Assembly: GCA_023269675.1 (NCBI GenBank)
Contig: JAHFSX010000008.1
Coordinates: 85,999 to 149,998 of the forward strand
DNA from: Verrucomicrobiota bacterium
Lineage (GTDB): Bacteria; Verrucomicrobiota; Kiritimatiellia; RFP12; UBA1067
Reading direction: 5' to 3'
Length of the DNA stretch: 64,000 nucleotides
The notes under the pieces: generated by a model
Told to the model about the DNA's origin: nothing
The model's input: the letters and a program-made list of their open reading frames with translations, nothing else
Databases searched by the model: none
Part shown: positions 36,615-45,536 of the stretch, in pieces
How positions within the stretch are numbered: position 1 is the stretch's first letter
Layout: each line of letters begins with the position of its first letter
Program-made: the position numbers and the translations under genes

Positions 36615-37988
36615 ATGCCTCCGAAAGCCGCACCCCGCCGCCCCAAGCGCAAAACCGTTAAGACCTTTGTCCTCGACACCAACGTCCTGCTCCACTCCCC
36701 GGTGGCGCTGGGCGTCTTCGACGACAACCACCTCGTGCTGCCCATGGCGGTGCTCGAGGAACTGGACAAGTTCAAGACCCAAAGCTCCGAACTCGGACGC
36801 AACGCCCGCGAATCGATCCGCAAGCTCGACGCCCTGCGCGCCGGCGGCAAGCTCTCCAAAGGCGTCGCGCTCCCCAACGGCGGCACCCTGCGCGTGCTCG
36901 TCACGCCCGCGGTCGAGAAAGCCGGCCTCGAGGAGGACACGCCCGACAACGCGCTCATCCGCCTGGCCTACTCCCTCGGGCGCAAGGGCGAGCGCGTCAT
37001 CATCATCTCCATGGACATCAACGTGCGCGTCAAAGCCAACGCGCTGGATCTCGAGACCGAGGACTTCGAGCACGAGAAGGTCAACTTCGACGAGCTTTAC
37101 AGCGGGTACGCCGAAACCGTCGTGCCGAGGGAGCTCATCGAACGCCTCTACGAAGGCCAGTCGCTCGCCTCCGTCCCCGTGAAGTGCTACCCCAACATGT
37201 TCCTGGAGCTGACCGCCGCCGAGATCCCGGAGATGAAGGCCATCGCGCGCGTCTTCCCGGACGGCACCCTCGCGGAGATCAACGTCGACATCGACACGGT
37301 CTACGGCATCCAGGCCCGCAACGTCGAGCAGCGCATGGCGCTGGAGCTGCTGATGGACCCTTCGGTCAGCATCGTCACCCTGGTGGGCCAGGCCGGCACG
37401 GGCAAGACCCTGCTGGCCCTCGCCGCCGGCCTGCAGCTCGTGCAGCGCGAACACCTCTACGACCGCATCCTGGTCTCGCGCCCGATCGTGCCGCTCGGCA
37501 AGGACATCGGCTACCTGCCCGGCAGCAAGGAGGAGAAGCTCTCGCACTGGATGGAGCCGATCTTCGACAACCTCGACTACCTGCTGCGCAAACACCAGCC
37601 GGACCAGCCGCCGGCCGGCGCCAAGAAGCCGCCCAAGCTCTCGAACCCGCAGGAGCGCATCCAGCAGCTGCTCGACACCGACACGCTGGAGCTGGAGGCG
37701 CTCACCTATATCCGCGGACGCTCCATCTCCCGCCAGTTCATCATCATCGACGAGGCGCAGAACCTCACGCCGCACGAGGTGAAGACCGTGGTCAGCCGCG
37801 CGGGCGAGGGCTCGAAGGTGATCCTCACCGGCGACCCCTACCAGATCGACAACCCGTACCTGGACGCCTCCAGCAACGGCCTCACCTACGCCGCCGAGCG
37901 CATGAAAGAGCTGCCGCTGCACGGCCACGTCACGCTCCACCACAGCGAGCGCAGCCAGCTCGCCGCAGCAGCCGCGAAATACCTCTGA
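36615..37988 (+). CDS. PhoH-like ATPase with N-terminal PIN domain (PhoH2/YlaK-type)
   Basis: N-terminal PIN FVLDTNVLLHSP...MAVLEELD; C-terminal PhoH P-loop GQAGTGKTLLALAAG and ..IIDEAQNLTPHE.. box. Confidence 0.9.
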   Translation: MPPKAAPRRPKRKTVKTFVLDTNVLLHSPVALGVFDDNHLVLPMAVLEELDKFKTQSSELGRNARESIRKLDALRAGGKLSKGVALPNGGTLRVLVTPAVEKAGLEEDTPDNALIRLAYSLGRKGERVIIISMDINVRVKANALDLETEDFEHEKVNFDELYSGYAETVVPRELIERLYEGQSLASVPVKCYPNMFLELTAAEIPEMKAIARVFPDGTLAEINVDIDTVYGIQARNVEQRMALELLMDPSVSIVTLVGQAGTGKTLLALAAGLQLVQREHLYDRILVSRPIVPLGKDIGYLPGSKEEKLSHWMEPIFDNLDYLLRKHQPDQPPAGAKKPPKLSNPQERIQQLLDTDTLELEALTYIRGRSISRQFIIIDEAQNLTPHEVKTVVSRAGEGSKVILTGDPYQIDNPYLDASSNGLTYAAERMKELPLHGHVTLHHSERSQLAAAAAKYL

Positions 37989-38128
37989 TCATGAACCGTG
38001 CGAACTCTCAGCGCTGAACGCCTAGCTTTCAACGTCCGATGAAGGCCAGCGCTCTTCGCTTGAGCGTTGAAGGCAGGGCGCTGAACGTTGAGCGTCATAT
38101 TTCTGGCTTACAAATCAGGATCCTTAAA

Positions 38129-38626
38129 ATGTTGACCCTTCCAGGCACCACGTTTTGGCAGAAGGCCTCGGTCTTCGCCGCCACCGGCTTCGGGCTGGGC
38201 CTCGTCGCCCCCATCGCCCCCGGCACGCTCGGCTCGCTCCCCGGCGTGCTGCTCGCGCTGTGGGTGACGCGGCAGCACCTGCCGCTGCAACTGCTCGTCT
38301 GCCTCGGCATGACGCTCCTCGCGGTCCCCATCTGCGACGTGGCCGAGCGCGTGCTGGGCAAGAAAGACGACGGCCGCATCTGCGCGGACGAGTGGATGCT
38401 CTTCCCCATCTGCGTCATCGGGCTGCCGCTGCTGCAGCACCTGTGGCTCATCCCCGTCTGCTTCGTGGTGGCGCGCGTGTGCGACATCATCAAACCGCCG
38501 CCCGCGCGGCAGCTGCAGGAGATCCACGGCGGCATCGGCATCGTCATCGACGACTTCTTCGCCTCGCTCTATGCGCTGGCGATCAACCACGGCGTTTATT
38601 GGGCCGTGATGCGCTTCCTCGCTTAA
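38129..38626 (+). CDS. pgpA: Phosphatidylglycerophosphatase A
   Basis: ORF 38039..38626; start placed at MLTLPGTTFWQKASVFAATGFGLG; PgpA hallmarks (GTLGSLPG..., ..DDGRICADEW.., IKPPPARQLQE.GGIGIVIDD). Confidence 0.8.
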   Translation: MLTLPGTTFWQKASVFAATGFGLGLVAPIAPGTLGSLPGVLLALWVTRQHLPLQLLVCLGMTLLAVPICDVAERVLGKKDDGRICADEWMLFPICVIGLPLLQHLWLIPVCFVVARVCDIIKPPPARQLQEIHGGIGIVIDDFFASLYALAINHGVYWAVMRFLA

Positions 38627-38733
38627 CACCGCTTTTCAGCATTGCGAACTAGGCAACCTTTCTGTAAATTAGTCACTCTTTTGTGCCGCCAATCACACGC
38701 CCGTGTCCGGCACCCATGATCGGAGGATTTTTG

Positions 38734-39228
38734 ATGAGCGAATTATGTCCCTGTGGCAGCGGCCTTGCCTTTGAGGCCTGCTGCGAACCGTTCCTGCTGG
38801 AGCGCCAGAAGCCCCGTACCGCCAAAGCCCTGATGCGTTCCAGGTATTGCGCCTACGCCATGGGCTCGGTCGATTATCTGTACAAGACCTCCGGGCCCAA
38901 AGTCCGCAAAGAGTTCGACGCCGAAAGCAGCCGCAAATGGGCCGAGTCGGCCAAGTGGACCGGCATCGAGATCCTCTCCGAGGAGGGCGGCGGCGAAAAG
39001 GAAGACTCCGGCGTGGTGGAGTTTCTCGCCCACTATTCGGTCAACGAAACCAGCTTCGACCACCACGAGCGGGCCGAGTTCGCCAAGGTCGACGGCGAGT
39101 GGTGCTTCATCGACGGCAAAATCTTCGGGCCCGACCCGGTGCGCCGCGACCAGCCCAAAGTCGGCCGCAACGACCCGTGCCCCTGCGGCAGCGGCAAGAA
39201 GTTCAAGAAGTGCTGTAGCGCGGCATGA
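38734..39228 (+). CDS. ychJ: YchJ-family (UPF0225) protein with N- and C-terminal SEC-C zinc-binding motifs
   Basis: ORF 38683..39228; start placed at [10 protein letters not shown]; CPCGSG at both termini (C-terminus [13 protein letters not shown]); candidate TTGCGA-N17-TAAATT promoter at 38642-38670. Confidence 0.8.
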   Translation: MSELCPCGSGLAFEACCEPFLLERQKPRTAKALMRSRYCAYAMGSVDYLYKTSGPKVRKEFDAESSRKWAESAKWTGIEILSEEGGGEKEDSGVVEFLAHYSVNETSFDHHERAEFAKVDGEWCFIDGKIFGPDPVRRDQPKVGRNDPCPCGSGKKFKKCCSAA

Positions 39229-39893
39229 ACCTCGACGCGTTCATCTTCGATCTGGACGGCACGCTGGTCGACACGGAGCTGCTGTGGGCCGACGCCATGC
39301 GGCTCTACCTCGCCGACCGCCGGTGCGACTGCCCGCGGCAAACGGTGCTGCACATCGTCTTCGGCCGCTCGTGGACGGACATCTACCGCGATGTCACGGC
39401 CCGCTTCCCTCTGCTCGCGTCCACCCCGGTGGACGCGATGGCCGAAGGGCTGCGCAACGTGTATCTGCGGCTGCGCAACCAGCACGAAAACGTCATCATC
39501 CACTCGTCGGCGCTCCTGCTCAAGTCCCTGTCGCAAAGCTACCCCGTGATTATCGTCTCGGGGTCGCCGCGCGCCGACGTGGAGGAGGCTGTGCTCCTCC
39601 TGGAGGCGTCCGCCCATGTGCGGTTCGTGCTCGGCGCGGAGGACTACGCGCCCGGCAAGCCCTCGCCCGCGGGCTTCCTGCTGGGCGCACACCGCCTCGG
39701 CGTCGCTCCCGCCAACTGCCTCGTGTTCGAAGATTCCCACGCCGGCGTCACGGCCGCCAAGGCCGCCGGCATGTGGTGCGTCGCGCTTGCGCGCGACTGC
39801 GCACACCCGCAGGACCTCTCCGCCGCCGACTGGGTCCTGACCGACCTGTCCGAGTTTTCGGTTGAGGCTTTCCGCCAGCGCCTCACCGTCTGA
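39225..39893 (+). CDS. HAD-superfamily hydrolase, subfamily IA (beta-phosphoglucomutase-like phosphatase)
   Basis: Motif [14 protein letters not shown]; later VSGSPR and [15 protein letters not shown] (motifs III/IV); ATGA overlap with ychJ stop. Confidence 0.8.
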   Translation: MNLDAFIFDLDGTLVDTELLWADAMRLYLADRRCDCPRQTVLHIVFGRSWTDIYRDVTARFPLLASTPVDAMAEGLRNVYLRLRNQHENVIIHSSALLLKSLSQSYPVIIVSGSPRADVEEAVLLLEASAHVRFVLGAEDYAPGKPSPAGFLLGAHRLGVAPANCLVFEDSHAGVTAAKAAGMWCVALARDCAHPQDLSAADWVLTDLSEFSVEAFRQRLTV

Positions 39894-39899
39894 CGCTCT

Positions 39900-41801
39900 T
39901 CACCAACTCAGCTCGAAGAGCGCCGTATCCGGCGACTTGAACGTGTAGGTGAAGCTTCGTCCCGCCACAGGGACCACCTGCCCGGTGTAGAGCTCCTTGA
40001 CCTCCCGGCACGCGCAGGGAAGCGTGACCGTCTTCGCTCCGCCCTGCGCCATGTGGACAGCCACGAGCCGCTCGTTGGCGTACACCGGCACCGCGTCCTC
40101 GCAGTAGATCGTCACCCCCGCCGCCACGGCCGCCTCCCGCAGCGCCTGCGGCGTGACCGCGTCGTAACCGGACGCGTAGACCGCCTGCCAGCCGTCCCGC
40201 GCCACCGCCGTAACGCCGGGCGCCTTGAAGGCCGTGCCGGTCAGTTCTTTGACGCGCGCCGTATCCAGACTCTTGCCGTCACTGATGCCGGGCGCATAGA
40301 CGAAGAAGGCCGTGCGGTTCTTGTTGAACACGTGTTTCCTGAGGATCTCGGCCTTTTCGGGCGTGACCTCGAAAAGCCCGGGGAAGACGAGCAGCTTGTA
40401 TTGCGACAGGTCGGCGCGCGGCAGATCGTTGAACGAGAAGACCTCGAACGGCGCGCCCAGGCGGTTCAGCTTGTTGCGCGTGGCCTGATAGATCTGCGCC
40501 ACCAGCGGGTTCTGGTCGTTGACCAGCCGCGCGCTCTGCGGGTCCACCACCAGCGCCACCTCGGCGCGGCTCTTGAGCGGGAGCGCCGCATAGGCGTCCC
40601 ACAGCCGCTTGCTCTGCGCCACGATCTTCATGGTCTCCGGCGTCTTGAACACGCCGCCCCACATGTCGAAGCACCAGAGCGAGGTCTGGTTGATGATCGC
40701 CAGCGCGAACTCGCGCTTCAGCCCGGCGTCGGTCTCCGCCTGATCCTTCCACGGCACCATCCAGCCGATCGACACGTACTCGTCGAGCGCGCAGTTGTAG
40801 GTCGGCGTGCGGTGGTCGATCTCGTGCAGGAAGCCCTTGCCGTTCAGCACGCGCGTGCCGTTGGGCACCATGAAGCCGCTGCCGCCGCCCATCGGCCGGT
40901 CCCCGTAGGTGCCGGGACTGATAAAGAAGTCGATGTCCGGCGACGCGTAGAGCCTCTCATACTCCAGATGGCCGGCCCACACCATGCGCGAATGCGTCAG
41001 TTCGAGGATGTAGCCGAAGAACATGCCGATCTGCCGGCCCCGCGGGATGAGCGACCGCGTCTTCGCGGCGAAACCGAGCACCGTGTCCGCCACGACATCG
41101 CCCGTGAACTGGGCGTAGTCGATCACGTCGCGCTCGGCCGCGTGATCGCGGAGCAGCCCCTCGAAACCGGCGCGGTCGATGCGCTCCAGCGCGGGCACCG
41201 GCGCATCTTCCATACCCTTGCCTGTGCGCCATGTTTTCCAGGCCTGCGCCTTGGCGCGGCCCGCCACGCCGCGGCTGTAGTCCATCCACTCGTCGGTCTG
41301 GCCGCATGCCAGCAGGTAGGCTTTCACGCGGTCGCCGTAGCGCGCCTCCAGATGGCTGACCACCGCCGCCAGATACTCGGCCGTGGCCTTGCGCCACGCC
41401 GGGTTGGCGCAGGCGCAGCTCAGCATGGTGAAGCTCTCGCACTCGGCGCTGTGACCCTGCAGCGACAGCTGCCGCTGCAGCCAGACCGGCGTGTTGAGGT
41501 CGACCATGCAGATGAACTGCGCGTTGGTGTTCACCGCCAGCACGTCATCGTATTGCTTGTCCAGCGACGCGAAATCGTATTTGCCGAACCAGCGCCAGAC
41601 CGGCGCATACTTGCAGTATGGCAAGCCCAGCGAGTTGTCGGTGTTCGCCGCGAAGATGCAGACCGTGTCCACGCCGGCGTCCTTGAACTGCCGCATCGCC
41701 CCGAACTCCGGCCAGAACGAGCGGTAGGAAAAGGCGAGCGGCCGCGACGGCTCGGCGGCAGGAGACGGCAAAGCTGAAGCGACTAGCGCCAGCGTAAGCA
41801 T
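39900..41801 (-). CDS. Putative glycoside hydrolase, GH42-like (beta-galactosidase-like TIM barrel + trimerisation-type C-terminal domain)
   Basis: ORF 39900..41921; start placed at MLTLALVASALPSPAAEP (signal); C-terminal LLVFPGLFEVTPEKAEILRKHVFNKNRTAFFVYAPG resembles the GH42 trimerisation domain; family call is tentative. Confidence 0.65.
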   Translation of the reverse strand: MLTLALVASALPSPAAEPSRPLAFSYRSFWPEFGAMRQFKDAGVDTVCIFAANTDNSLGLPYCKYAPVWRWFGKYDFASLDKQYDDVLAVNTNAQFICMVDLNTPVWLQRQLSLQGHSAECESFTMLSCACANPAWRKATAEYLAAVVSHLEARYGDRVKAYLLACGQTDEWMDYSRGVAGRAKAQAWKTWRTGKGMEDAPVPALERIDRAGFEGLLRDHAAERDVIDYAQFTGDVVADTVLGFAAKTRSLIPRGRQIGMFFGYILELTHSRMVWAGHLEYERLYASPDIDFFISPGTYGDRPMGGGSGFMVPNGTRVLNGKGFLHEIDHRTPTYNCALDEYVSIGWMVPWKDQAETDAGLKREFALAIINQTSLWCFDMWGGVFKTPETMKIVAQSKRLWDAYAALPLKSRAEVALVVDPQSARLVNDQNPLVAQIYQATRNKLNRLGAPFEVFSFNDLPRADLSQYKLLVFPGLFEVTPEKAEILRKHVFNKNRTAFFVYAPGISDGKSLDTARVKELTGTAFKAPGVTAVARDGWQAVYASGYDAVTPQALREAAVAAGVTIYCEDAVPVYANERLVAVHMAQGGAKTVTLPCACREVKELYTGQVVPVAGRSFTYTFKSPDTALFELSW

Positions 41802-41810
41802 TGCCACAAA

Positions 41811-41880
41811 CGTATGTTGTACCGCCTTCAGGCGGATGCTTGCGCACATGCGTTGCCGGCTGAAGCCGGTACAACATACG
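41811..41880. repeat. REP-like element (same family as 23222-23340 and 30867-31078) in the 5' region of the GH42-like gene
   Basis: 13-bp perfect IR cgtatgttgtacc (41811-41823) / ggtacaacatacg (41868-41880); hairpin ccgccttcaggcgg (41823-41836; its rc ccgcctgaaggcgg is at 23239-23252); core gccggctgaagccggtacaacatacg (41855-41880). Confidence 0.6.
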
Positions 41881-41917
41881 AGACACGGCATCTGTTCTTT
41901 GCGACTGCGCACCATGC

Positions 41918-42838
41918 TCACGATCCCTTTCCTCCCAGCTTACCGATCTTATCGAGGTCTACGGCTTCTTGCGCTTTAGGGAAGCGGTGCGGCAACAGCT
42001 CCCACTCTTCCGCGTAGGAGGCCGAGGCCCCCGGCGCGAGGGTCTCGCGCGGGCCGATCGGCTCCAGCTCGCACATCTCGTCCCTGAAGTACCAGATCGA
42101 GATCGTGAGCCCCGCCATTTCGCTGTAGACACGGTCGGGATAGACCGGGAAGCGTTTGACGAACAGCAGGTCGCTGCGCATGAGGTAGCAGAACCAGCCG
42201 GCCGCCGAGTCCATGCCGAGCTTCGGGTTCGCGGGCGTGCCGAGGATCTCGAGGAAGCCGTCGCGGACCCGGATGTTCGGATCTGCCGGCTTGAAATTCA
42301 TCACCGGCCCCGGCCCGTACATGAGGTAGCCCCTCGGGAAGCGGCTGCCGGGCGTCAGCGGCACCAGGCAGAGGCCGCCGCCCACCGCCAGCGTGCGGCT
42401 CCAGTGGCAGCAGGACACCGGCTTGTCGGACGCGTTGATCATGCGCTGCTCACACACGAGGCGCGACGTGTCGGCCGCCAGCGTGAACTCGCGCACCAGC
42501 CGGATGCCCGTCACCCGGTCGCACACGCTGGTGAGCCGCGCCCGACCTTCGCCGGTCACCTCGCCGGTCCAGTCGCCCAACCACAAATCAGGGTGCGGCG
42601 CGAGGACGTTCTCGGGGCCGATGTCGAGCCGCCCGCCGCACGGATCCACGCTCGGGATACCGGGCACGTGCCGCCACCCCTGCTGCGCCGGATTCAGATA
42701 CAGGGCGTTCACGCCGTTGAGCGAATACTCCAGCACGCGACCGCCGGCCTGCGGACAGAGCACCACGCGCGTGCCTGCGCCGTTCTCAAGGGCGATACAA
42801 TTCTTGTACCCGAAAAATTCGATGACCTCTGTTTTCAT
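41918..42838 (-). CDS. Hypothetical protein (unknown function, ~306 aa)
   Basis: ORF 41918..42928; start placed at MKTEVIEFFGYKNCIALENGAG, the first ATG downstream of the tandem hairpins at 42858-42920; high coding GC3; no recognisable catalytic motifs. Confidence 0.55.
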   Translation of the reverse strand: MKTEVIEFFGYKNCIALENGAGTRVVLCPQAGGRVLEYSLNGVNALYLNPAQQGWRHVPGIPSVDPCGGRLDIGPENVLAPHPDLWLGDWTGEVTGEGRARLTSVCDRVTGIRLVREFTLAADTSRLVCEQRMINASDKPVSCCHWSRTLAVGGGLCLVPLTPGSRFPRGYLMYGPGPVMNFKPADPNIRVRDGFLEILGTPANPKLGMDSAAGWFCYLMRSDLLFVKRFPVYPDRVYSEMAGLTISIWYFRDEMCELEPIGPRETLAPGASASYAEEWELLPHRFPKAQEAVDLDKIGKLGGKGS

Positions 42839-42943
42839 GTTTCTCATCCCTCGGCAGGGACGGTTCCCCGAACCGTCCGCCGCTCCCGTTGTGCCACACG
42901 GACGGCTCGGGGAGCCGTCCCTACCCAATTCGACCGATTCGAA

Positions 42944-45139
42944 TCATTCGCGGTTCTTTTTCCACACCAGCAGCCGCACGGTCTGCGGCGGCAGCTCGCT
43001 GAACGCCTCCACTTTATCCTTTTCCGGCTCCGAAGCCGAGAGCAACTCCGCCTTCGGCACGCTGAGCGAGAAGGCGGCCGGCTTGTCGGTCGTGTTCCAA
43101 AGCAGCACGCCGAACGCGTCCGCCGAACAATAGCCTTTGGCCACAATGCCCGCCCCGCTGAACGAGAAGCCCTCCGAGTCCGTGAAGGTCCCGGCCATCA
43201 GCAGCCCGGAGTTCCGCTTTTGGAACAAGGCCGCCCGCTTCAGGTACTCGGCCGTCGCTTGGGGCGGCAGGCTCCGGACCAGCCCGATGTCGGGTTTCGA
43301 CAGAACCACGCCGTAATCCGCAACCGCCGGGATGCGCCCCTCCAGCAGGTAGTCGCGGTCCGGGATATAGCGCGATTCGATCTCGTAGCGCAACCCGTAC
43401 GTGACCGTGTAGTTGGCCATCGGACGATCGACGAGCGGCGACGGGAAGCGGATCGTGCTGGCCACCTCGGGATAGGTGTAGCGCATCATCTCGGGAAACA
43501 GGTCGTCGCCCTGAGCGCCCTCCAGCCGCCGCGCGATCAGGCCCGCCGACTCCTGAAAAGCCCCGCGCACGCAGCCGTGAAAGTAGGCGACCGAGTCCAG
43601 AATGGCGTCGTGGAACCCCTCGGTCATGATGATGAACTCAGGGTTGACCCTCTTCATTTTTTCGGAGATCTGCCGCAGCATCTCCTTGCGGTCCGCCTCG
43701 TAGGACATGAACGGCACCGGATGTCCATGGTCAGCGGCATAGCAGGCCGTGGGCCCGCGCATGCCGAGCTGGTCGTACAGGATGCCGTCCGCACCGAAGT
43801 CGCTGGCCTGAATCGCGAGCGACAGCATGCGCTCGCGCCAGCCCTTCGTGGCCTGGCAGCCGATGTCGAAGTGGTAGCCCGGCGTGTTGCCGTACTTGTG
43901 CCAGAACTCCTGCACCGTGCCGCCATCCTTCCGGGTCACCGCCAGATGTTGACCCGTCGTGGTCCAGTAAGCCGTGCCGCGCTCCTCCAGCTGGCCGTTG
44001 GCATAGAGCACGACGCGCTTGCCGCGCACATGCGCCTGCCGGATGCCTTCGCGCAAGGCCTGCTCGCCGCCCATCACCGGGCAGGGATTGTAGTCGGGGT
44101 AGAGGTGATCATGCCCGCCGTAGCCCCAGCCGAAAAGACCGATGATGTCCAGCCCGCGCGCCTCGGCCACCTCGCTGAGTTTGTCCAGCGTGTTGTAGGG
44201 CCACATGACATCGCCGTTCTGCTGCTTGAGGATGGCCAGCAGCCAGCCTGTGGCGGTCTGGGCCCACGCCGGCTTCCCGATCGGTTTCCCGACGGAGTCG
44301 ACCCAGGCGCGATAGCGCCGCGCCCCCACGTGCCAATCGCCCGCGTACGGCATGACGGTCATGGGCGGCAGCGCCACGCGCTCTCCGGGGCGGACAAAGA
44401 CCTGGTGCTGGAAGGCGGCCCCGAACGTCTTGCGCTCCGGATCGTAACGCACGCTCAACGTCTTGGCCCCGAAGCGCGGATCGTGGCTGCCGAAGTAGAG
44501 CCCGCCCGCATCGCCCGCGAAAGCGAACCACTGCATCGTTCCCTGGGCGCTCGGATAAGGGGCGGCGAGCGTCAGGTTGTTCCCGCTCCTGGCCCACGGC
44601 TTCAGGTTCTTGTCATCCGCGGGCACCCGGTTGACGCGCCAGCCGAAGCCGCTCGGCATCAGCAGCGGGGTCTTGGAAAGATCGGTCCGGATGCCGTTGA
44701 AGACCGGGCCCGTGAAGCCTTTGACGACCCACGCTTTCGTGCCGTTGCGGATGGTCCCGCCGATCTCGAAGGCGTCGCCCGCGGCACGCACGGTCAGCGC
44801 GAGCGCAATCTGGTACACCGCCTTCCCGTCGGTCAGAGATCGATAGCCCAGCTCCAGCCCGTCCCCCGTTCTTTTGACCTTAGGCGGCGGCTGGGCCTGG
44901 CTTTCCAAGATGACGTCCGCGGCATCGCCCATGCCCGGAGCAGCCTCCAGCACCACGGCCCAATAAGGCTCACCCGTCGCCTCGCTCGCCGGGCACGCCG
45001 CCGCGGCAGGCGTCAGGCTCAGCCCCGCGGCCTCCACTCGCAACTCGCCGGCGGCACCCGTGACGCACACCGGCGCGTCCGCCGCCAGCCCGGCAAAAGC
45101 CAACACCACCAGCGCCATTCCTGTTTTCGCCACTGTCAT
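42944..45139 (-). CDS. Putative glycoside hydrolase, DUF6259-like; paralog of 50862-52994
   Basis: ORF 42944..45190; start placed at MTVAKTGMALVVLAFAGLAADA; shares FAFAGDAGGLYFGSHDP, FGADGILYDQLG and FPEMMRYTYPEV blocks with the 50862-52994 protein. Confidence 0.7.
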   Translation of the reverse strand: MTVAKTGMALVVLAFAGLAADAPVCVTGAAGELRVEAAGLSLTPAAAACPASEATGEPYWAVVLEAAPGMGDAADVILESQAQPPPKVKRTGDGLELGYRSLTDGKAVYQIALALTVRAAGDAFEIGGTIRNGTKAWVVKGFTGPVFNGIRTDLSKTPLLMPSGFGWRVNRVPADDKNLKPWARSGNNLTLAAPYPSAQGTMQWFAFAGDAGGLYFGSHDPRFGAKTLSVRYDPERKTFGAAFQHQVFVRPGERVALPPMTVMPYAGDWHVGARRYRAWVDSVGKPIGKPAWAQTATGWLLAILKQQNGDVMWPYNTLDKLSEVAEARGLDIIGLFGWGYGGHDHLYPDYNPCPVMGGEQALREGIRQAHVRGKRVVLYANGQLEERGTAYWTTTGQHLAVTRKDGGTVQEFWHKYGNTPGYHFDIGCQATKGWRERMLSLAIQASDFGADGILYDQLGMRGPTACYAADHGHPVPFMSYEADRKEMLRQISEKMKRVNPEFIIMTEGFHDAILDSVAYFHGCVRGAFQESAGLIARRLEGAQGDDLFPEMMRYTYPEVASTIRFPSPLVDRPMANYTVTYGLRYEIESRYIPDRDYLLEGRIPAVADYGVVLSKPDIGLVRSLPPQATAEYLKRAALFQKRNSGLLMAGTFTDSEGFSFSGAGIVAKGYCSADAFGVLLWNTTDKPAAFSLSVPKAELLSASEPEKDKVEAFSELPPQTVRLLVWKKNRE

Positions 45140-45186
45140 TTTGCTTCCCCTCCTCCTGTCAAACTTGCGCTTTAAACGTTGAGCAT

Positions 45187-45492
45187 TCACTTCACCGTGA
45201 TCTCCCCGATCCTGTACCGTCTCGCCCCGACGCCGCAGAGGAACAGATCGAAAGCGGTCCCCTTGATCGCAGAGGCGTCCAGATTGGACGAGCCTACATT
45301 CAGCAAGCGCAGCCCGCCGATATCGAAAAGGAACGCGAAGACGTCCCCGCAGCAGACCGGCGGCGGCTCAAGCGTCGCCCCTGAATACCGACAGGGCCGC
45401 GTGGGCGCGACGGGGCCTGAGACCGTCCCCGTCGCCGCGGCGAGTCCGCCCGCGGCAAAAGCCCGCCGCGCCATTTGCAGAACCGTTCTCAT
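45187..45492 (-). CDS. Small hypothetical protein (~101 aa) with signal-like N-terminus, between two GH genes
   Basis: ORF 45187..45540 begins with GTG immediately after the upstream stop; ATG start at 45492 gives MRTVLQMARRAFAAGGLAAATG; high GC3; stop overlaps the next gene's start (ATGA at 45187-45190). Confidence 0.3.
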   Translation of the reverse strand: MRTVLQMARRAFAAGGLAAATGTVSGPVAPTRPCRYSGATLEPPPVCCGDVFAFLFDIGGLRLLNVGSSNLDASAIKGTAFDLFLCGVGARRYRIGEITVK

Positions 45493-45536
45493 CTTAGAGC
45501 CTCCTCTCCACGTCTGCGCGTCCGCCCAAGCACCGC

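Noticed and set aside
36615-37988. PIN-domain protein as a toxin-antitoxin or defence component
   Set aside because: The PIN is fused to a full PhoH ATPase (PhoH2/YlaK architecture) and sits with pgpA, ychJ and a HAD phosphatase. That is a housekeeping context with no antitoxin-sized partner.
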